Below are positions 58,403-64,000 of a DNA stretch of 64,000 bases, one piece after another (the first letter of the stretch is position 1; every line of letters begins with the position of its first letter). The DNA is from Candidatus Latescibacterota bacterium (GTDB lineage: Bacteria; Latescibacterota; UBA2968; UBA8231). The notes under the pieces were generated by a model. The model searched no databases. It was not told the origin of the DNA and was given only the letters and a program-made list of their open reading frames with translations. The stretch is from NCBI GenBank assembly GCA_965217585.1, contig OZ244561.1, positions 2,144,001-2,208,000 on the forward strand. Reading direction: 5' to 3'. A program made the position numbers and the translations under genes.

Positions 58403-59656
58403 ATGCTGAAGAACTACATCAAAATGGCGCTCAAGGTCCTGTTGCGGCGCAAGGTTTTTACCTGCATCAGCCTTATTACCATCAGCTTCACGCTCATGGT
58501 GATGATGGTGGCGACGGCCTTGTTCGACCACGTCTTTGGCTCCTTCCCGCCGGAGACGCGGTCGGATCGGACGCTCGTCATGAAGATGCTCACAGGAGAA
58601 CACACAGAAAATGAAGGTAAGAGGATCGGGCAACCTAGCCACGCCTTTTTGAAGCGGTATGTGTCTCCTCTAACCGAGGCCGAAAAGGTGTCCATTTCCA
58701 CTGGCTTCTGGTCCTCGGAAGTAACGTATCGCAACGGCGTGAAGATCGAATCTGGCCTCAAGTACACAGACGGAGTGTTCTGGGAGATCCTTGAATTCGA
58801 CTTCCTCGAAGGCCGTCCCTATACCGCAAAGGAGGTAGAGGAGGGCCAACGGGTGGTAGTGATCAACGAGGAGACGCGCCGGGTATTTTTCGGGGGAGAG
58901 CAGGCCGTGGGGAAGTACATCAAGGTCAAAAAGCGTCCTTTCCGCGTGGTAGGGGTCGTACCCAATGTGCCGGCATTTCGCTTGGCATCCTTTGCGGATA
59001 TCTGGGTGCCCGTTAGCGCCCGTGAAACGGACGGGTACCTACGGTACGATTCGATATTCGGCGGCTCTCAGGCGCTGATCTTGGCGCGCGATACGGCCGC
59101 AATACCGCTTATCAAAGAGGAATTCGCCGATGTACTCACCCGGGTCGAATATCCCGATTCCGACGCCGTCAACCGCCTCATTGGTGGCCCTGAAACGCTG
59201 TTCGAAGAGGGTTCGCGTATGATGCGCATATTCAGGAGCTTCGGTGATACCGATGAGGTGATCCTGCTGCTCAGCGGTCTGGGGTTGCTCTTCATGCTCC
59301 TGCCGGTGGTCAGCTTGGTCAACATCAACACCACCCGCATCTTGGAGCGCGCTTCTGAGATCGGAGTGCGCAAGGCGTTCGGCGGGTCTTCGCTCACCTT
59401 GGTGGGTCAGTTCGTGGTGGAGAACGTGATTCTCACGCTCTTGGGCGGTGCCCTCGGGCTGGTTCTTACTTTTCTCGTCCTACAAGCGCTCGGTGCCAGC
59501 GACATTGTGCCATACGCCGAATTCCACCTGAACCACCGCATCTTTTTCTACGGCTTGGTGATGACCCTATTCTTCGGTCTGATTTCCGGCGCTTACCCAG
59601 CTTGGAAAATGTCGCGCCTACATATCGTAGAGGCACTCAGAAGGAGGAAGCAATGA
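58403..59656 (+). CDS. MacB/FtsX-like ABC permease
   Basis: Paralog of 55866-57161. Confidence 0.9.
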   Translation: MLKNYIKMALKVLLRRKVFTCISLITISFTLMVMMVATALFDHVFGSFPPETRSDRTLVMKMLTGEHTENEGKRIGQPSHAFLKRYVSPLTEAEKVSISTGFWSSEVTYRNGVKIESGLKYTDGVFWEILEFDFLEGRPYTAKEVEEGQRVVVINEETRRVFFGGEQAVGKYIKVKKRPFRVVGVVPNVPAFRLASFADIWVPVSARETDGYLRYDSIFGGSQALILARDTAAIPLIKEEFADVLTRVEYPDSDAVNRLIGGPETLFEEGSRMMRIFRSFGDTDEVILLLSGLGLLFMLLPVVSLVNINTTRILERASEIGVRKAFGGSSLTLVGQFVVENVILTLLGGALGLVLTFLVLQALGASDIVPYAEFHLNHRIFFYGLVMTLFFGLISGAYPAWKMSRLHIVEALRRRKQ

Positions 59657-60822
59657 TACGCCATCTCTGCAAGCTAGTCTGGAATCGCAAAAGGGCGAAC
59701 GCGCTAACCGCCTTCCAGATCTTCATTTCTTTTTTGATCGTCTTTATTACGGCTTCCATCGCCGTGGACAATGCCGACAATTACCGGCGGCCTCTCGGAT
59801 TTTCATACGAAAATAGATGGGTTGTGGGCTTCTGGCGGGACCGGGAACTGCCGTCGGACGGCGAGGTGGAAGCACCCAGTCGCAGACAGGTCTATCAGGC
59901 CCTAGAGTCCTTCGACTGGATTGAGTCGGTTGCCGCGGCGGACGGCGGAGCAATCCCCTATGGTAGCTCTCAGTACGGTTCCACCATGGACGAACAACCG
60001 ATTGATTATGGTGCTGTTTCGGATGAGTTCTACGAGGTATTCGATCTCGACTTGGTCAATGGGAGGTGGTTCAGCGAGGAGGACGCGGTTCTAGACTGGG
60101 CACCGATCGTGATAACCCAGCCGCTCAGCGAGGCGCTCTTTGGCCGTGAAGATCCCATCGGCCAGCAGGTCGAATGGGAATGGAGGGGTAAAGGTAACGC
60201 GCGGGTCGTCGGGGTGGTCTCTGACTATCGTCGCAGAGGGGAGTTTTCCGATCCCGTTTTCTTTGTATTAACTCGCGTGGAAGACGATGCGCCTGTCCGT
60301 TTTTTGGTCAAAGTGCGTCCCGGTACGCCGTTGGCAGCCCAAGAGCAAATCGACAAGCGGCTCAAGGCCATGGCTCCGGGGTACCGAGTTGACATTACAA
60401 CCTTAGAGGAAGATCGCGCCTCGTCGTTCAAGTTGAGCATGATACCCCTGTTCGCCGCCGGGGTCGTCTCGGTGTTGGTGTTGGGCATGGTGGCGCTGTC
60501 GTTGAGCGGCGTGCTGTGGCAGCGGACGACGCTGAGAATTGAGGAGATCGGCCTGAGAAGGGCCTTGGGCGGGTCGGCAGCCAGTATCTACGCGCAGTTG
60601 GCGGGCGAGATGCTGGTGGTCGCTAGCATCGGCGTAATTGCTGGTCTGCTGGTCATCGTGCAATTCCCACTGCTGGAACTGCTCGATTACACCAGCGGGA
60701 TCTATGCGCTCAGTCTGGCCTTTGCGGCGCTGGTGATTTACGGCCTCGTGATTGTGTGCAGCCTGTACCCAGGGCGGCTAGCCTGCCGAATACGGCCGGT
60801 CGAGGCGCTGCACCACGAATGA
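59653..60822 (+). CDS. MacB/FtsX-like ABC permease
   Basis: Paralog of 57158-58381. Confidence 0.9.
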   Translation: MIRHLCKLVWNRKRANALTAFQIFISFLIVFITASIAVDNADNYRRPLGFSYENRWVVGFWRDRELPSDGEVEAPSRRQVYQALESFDWIESVAAADGGAIPYGSSQYGSTMDEQPIDYGAVSDEFYEVFDLDLVNGRWFSEEDAVLDWAPIVITQPLSEALFGREDPIGQQVEWEWRGKGNARVVGVVSDYRRRGEFSDPVFFVLTRVEDDAPVRFLVKVRPGTPLAAQEQIDKRLKAMAPGYRVDITTLEEDRASSFKLSMIPLFAAGVVSVLVLGMVALSLSGVLWQRTTLRIEEIGLRRALGGSAASIYAQLAGEMLVVASIGVIAGLLVIVQFPLLELLDYTSGIYALSLAFAALVIYGLVIVCSLYPGRLACRIRPVEALHHE

Positions 60823-60888
60823 TTCGGAATGTGGCTGTCTGAACTGAGCAAACCCAAACGTACTTCACACATCCCATAGGAGGATGAC

Positions 60889-62115
60889 ATGAAATCGCTC
60901 AAATCTGTAATCACCCCAATCGCCACCGTCGCCACGGCGTTCAGTTGTGGAGTGGTCGGCGCAGAGAGTATCACGGTGAAAATGGAATCCGTGCGCGAGG
61001 ATTCCGTAGAGCATCTGTTCCAGCCTTATATGCGGCTCGGCGGCCTGCGCCCCTCGCGGCTGACGGAAGGACTGCCCGAGAGCCAATCGATTGCCGGGCT
61101 GGACATCCGTCAGCCCCTGCACACCCGCCTGTCGTTCGATGATTCGTCGGTTGAGCCGATTGTTGTACTGGGATTGGACAGCGACGGACAGGACATTGCC
61201 TTCGTCGTTGCCGACTCCACCGAGCAGCCGCAGCAACTTCAGTTGATAAAAGGTTCTTTCGACTACGTTCCGGCTGATGATGCCCTGCGAGCTGAGCTGA
61301 CCGTGCCCTCGGCTGGCCAAGCGCCTGAGTCCGAGATCGAACTCTTTATCAGCCGCGAACGTAGCTCCGTGATGTACCGCCCCTTCGGACTGCGTTTGGG
61401 CGAAGCAGCTATCGGGGACAGGCGCTATGCCTTGGCAATGATGAGGTCTCCGGGTTTCTTGGCCTATACCCTACCTGCTGACTCACTGGGGAGGACTTTG
61501 CATCAGTTCATGATTGACCGCGATGGAGACGGCATATTCCTGACTTATCTGCTAGGCCAGATCGACGTACTAGAAGACGAAGTTTTCGAGGTCTCCAAGC
61601 CCTTCATAATCGACGATCAAGTTTATAAATTGGCCGATGTGTCGGCGACAGGGGATCAGCTAGTAATCGAGCCCAGCGATCAGACGGTCGCGCTCGCCGT
61701 GGGCTTTGAGATGCCCAACGTCACCGTTACTCGGCTGGACAGCAGTGCTATCGGCCTAACGGCGCTGCGCGGCAAGCCCGTGGTCATCAACTGGTGGCAA
61801 ACCACCTGTTCACCCTGCATCGCGGAGATGCCCGAACTCAACGAACTGGTTGAGAAGTATGCAGACCGCGACGTCGAGTTCCTCGCTATAGCCAACAATG
61901 AAATAGCGGAGTTGCCGCCGTTTCTGGAGAAGCATCCGTTCATCTATGACATCGCCGTGGCGAATGACGAGGCCGTGCGCATTTTTGGCCAAGGTTATCC
62001 GCGTCATGTAATTGTCAGCGGTGAAGGCAAAGTCGTCTTGGATCTCACGGGTCTCAGTCCTGATACCGTTGACCAGATCGATGCGGTTGTCGGCTCGCTG
62101 TTGAGTGAACTTTGA
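60889..62115 (+). CDS. TlpA-family thioredoxin-like protein with N-terminal extension and signal/lipoprotein peptide
   Basis: INWWQTTCSPC..EMP motif; AFSC lipobox-like. Confidence 0.85.
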   Translation: MKSLKSVITPIATVATAFSCGVVGAESITVKMESVREDSVEHLFQPYMRLGGLRPSRLTEGLPESQSIAGLDIRQPLHTRLSFDDSSVEPIVVLGLDSDGQDIAFVVADSTEQPQQLQLIKGSFDYVPADDALRAELTVPSAGQAPESEIELFISRERSSVMYRPFGLRLGEAAIGDRRYALAMMRSPGFLAYTLPADSLGRTLHQFMIDRDGDGIFLTYLLGQIDVLEDEVFEVSKPFIIDDQVYKLADVSATGDQLVIEPSDQTVALAVGFEMPNVTVTRLDSSAIGLTALRGKPVVINWWQTTCSPCIAEMPELNELVEKYADRDVEFLAIANNEIAELPPFLEKHPFIYDIAVANDEAVRIFGQGYPRHVIVSGEGKVVLDLTGLSPDTVDQIDAVVGSLLSEL

Positions 62116-62188
62116 GCTTTCTATTGCGGTACAAGCATTTGCCCGCACAACCCCAAACACACCCTACATATCCATAAAGGGAGATGCA

Positions 62189-63355
62189 ATGAGATCGATC
62201 AAAGCAGAGCGTACCACAGTGGCCATGAAATCCGTGCGCGAGGATTCCGTAGAGCATCTCTTCCAGCCTGGTCTGAGACGCGCCTTGGGCGGCCCAGATC
62301 TGACGGAAGGATTGCCCGAGATCCCATCGGTTGCCGGGCTAGACATTCACGAGCCCCTGCACGCCCGTCTATCGTTCAAAGATTCGCCGGCTGAGCCGAT
62401 TGTCCTAGTGGGACTGGATAACGAAGGACAGGATATTGCCTTCGTCGTTGCCGATTCCACTGCACAGCCGCAGCAACTCCAGCTAACAAAAGGTCCTTTT
62501 AAATACGTTCCGGGTGATGACGCTCTGAGAGCCGAGTTGACTGTGCCCCCGGCTGGCCAAGCGCCTGAGTCCAAGATCGAACTCTTTATCCGCCGCGAAC
62601 GGAATGACGTGTTGCACCGCCCATTCGGACTGCGTTTGGGCGAGGCAACCATCGGAGGAAGGCGCTATGCCTTGGCACTGATGAGGGCTCCAGGTTTCTT
62701 GACCTACACCCTACCCGACGACTCACTGGGGCTTACTTTACATCAGCTCGTGATTGACCTCGACGGGGACGGCGTATTCCTGACCAGTCTATACGGCCAA
62801 ACCGAGAAGCTGGAGGACGAGGCTTTCTGGGTCAACGAACCCTTCTTGATCGACGGTCAGGCCTACAAACTAGCCCACGTGTCGGCGACGGGAGATCAGC
62901 TAGTGATCGAGCGTAGCGATCAAACAGTCGCCCTCGCCGTGGGTTTTGAGATGCCGAACGTCACTGTTACTCGGCTCGACAGCAGTGCTATCGAACTGAA
63001 CGCGCTGCGCGGCAAGCCCGTGGTCATCAACTGGTGGCAAACGTTCTGTCCGCCTTGCGCTGCGGAGATTCCCGAACTCAACGAACTGGTTGAGAAGTAC
63101 GCGGGCCGCGACGTCGAATTCCTCGCCATCGCCGACAATGAAGGGCCGGAGTTGAAGCAGTTTTTAGAGGAGCATCCGTTCGCCTATGACATCGCTTTGG
63201 GGAACGACGAGGCCGTGCGCATTTTCGGCCAGGGTTATCCGCGCAATGTGATCCTCGACAGCGACGGCAAAGTCATCTACGACGTCCATGGTTTCAGTTC
63301 TGACAGCACCGACAGGATCGACACAGTTATCGGCTCGCTGTTGAGCGAGCTTTGA
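62189..63355 (+). CDS. TlpA-family paralog lacking the signal peptide
   Basis: INWWQTFCPPC; colinear with 60889-62115. Confidence 0.85.
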   Translation: MRSIKAERTTVAMKSVREDSVEHLFQPGLRRALGGPDLTEGLPEIPSVAGLDIHEPLHARLSFKDSPAEPIVLVGLDNEGQDIAFVVADSTAQPQQLQLTKGPFKYVPGDDALRAELTVPPAGQAPESKIELFIRRERNDVLHRPFGLRLGEATIGGRRYALALMRAPGFLTYTLPDDSLGLTLHQLVIDLDGDGVFLTSLYGQTEKLEDEAFWVNEPFLIDGQAYKLAHVSATGDQLVIERSDQTVALAVGFEMPNVTVTRLDSSAIELNALRGKPVVINWWQTFCPPCAAEIPELNELVEKYAGRDVEFLAIADNEGPELKQFLEEHPFAYDIALGNDEAVRIFGQGYPRNVILDSDGKVIYDVHGFSSDSTDRIDTVIGSLLSEL

Positions 63356-63438
63356 GCGTTCTACAAGCATTCACCGGAACTACTAGTTTTGAAGGCGGTT
63401 CTGCTAGAGGCGCTGCACCACGAATGAGTTGGGATATT

Positions 63439-64000
63439 ATGAACTGCAAAAAGATTAACGCGAATTTGCTTTTGACGATGGCCATCTTGGCCGCCTTATG
63501 GACCGTTCCCGCAGCCCATGCCCAGCCGTGGTTGGTGCGCGGCACCGTCACCGACGCGGCTACCGGGCAGCCTCTGCCAGCGGCTACGGTACAGCTAGCC
63601 GGCACCTATCGCGGGACTATAGCCAACGACGAGGGCGAGTACTCGCTCAAGGTGCAGCAGCTACCGGCGACATTGAAAGTGACTTATATCGGCTACGTCT
63701 CCCAAGACCGCGCGTTGACGACCCCTGCGGAGCGGGTCGATTTCGTCCTGACTCCCGTGCCCTTTCTGTTCGATCCCATCGTGGTGACTGCCGAAACCTC
63801 AGCCGAGGGTATCATGCGCCAAGTCATCCGCCGCAAACAAGCGTGGCGGCCCAGCTTGGCCAGCTATCAGGCACAGGCGTATACTCGACGGGTTTTGGAA
63901 AACGAAGAAGGTATCGTCATGATCGGCGAATTGGCCTCGGAAATTTATTGGGAACGGGAGCAGGGGCTGCGCGAAGTGGTCAAGTCGAGTCGTGTGACCC
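63439..64000 (+). CDS. Carboxypeptidase-regulatory-like domain outer membrane protein (DUF5686-like), partial
   Basis: Signal peptide, VRGTVTDAATGQPLP.A.V...GT..N..G.Y, YIGY; open to the window end. Confidence 0.8.
   Translation, partial: MNCKKINANLLLTMAILAALWTVPAAHAQPWLVRGTVTDAATGQPLPAATVQLAGTYRGTIANDEGEYSLKVQQLPATLKVTYIGYVSQDRALTTPAERVDFVLTPVPFLFDPIVVTAETSAEGIMRQVIRRKQAWRPSLASYQAQAYTRRVLENEEGIVMIGELASEIYWEREQGLREVVKSSRVT

Overview
This is a GC-rich bacterial window; gene content (phytanoyl-CoA dioxygenase-family genes, a sulfatase, mandelate racemases, Gfo/Idh/MocA enzymes) suggests a Latescibacterota/Poribacteria-like organism, which is inference only. Both ends look chromosomal. On the left are a COG3014-LpoB lipoprotein operon and sthA; on the right a sigma54-type MacAB-like exporter with four permeases and two TlpA paralogs. 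The middle (about 4.7-50.6 kb) is an accessory region, almost all on the minus strand, that reads as an eroding integron-type cassette array with no integrase in the window. It holds small GNAT, methyltransferase, HIT, VOC, NUDIX, AAC(3), antitoxin and ATPase-DUF4276 genes. These are separated by complete, halved or excised attC sites, by short scraps of cassettes found elsewhere in the window, and by a recurring ~190-bp hybrid site: an attC left arm joined to a conserved block with IHF-like, promoter-like and attI-like features. Larger catabolic genes, three related orphan lyase-like proteins and an IS630 element are interleaved. No rRNA, tRNA or CRISPR array was seen.
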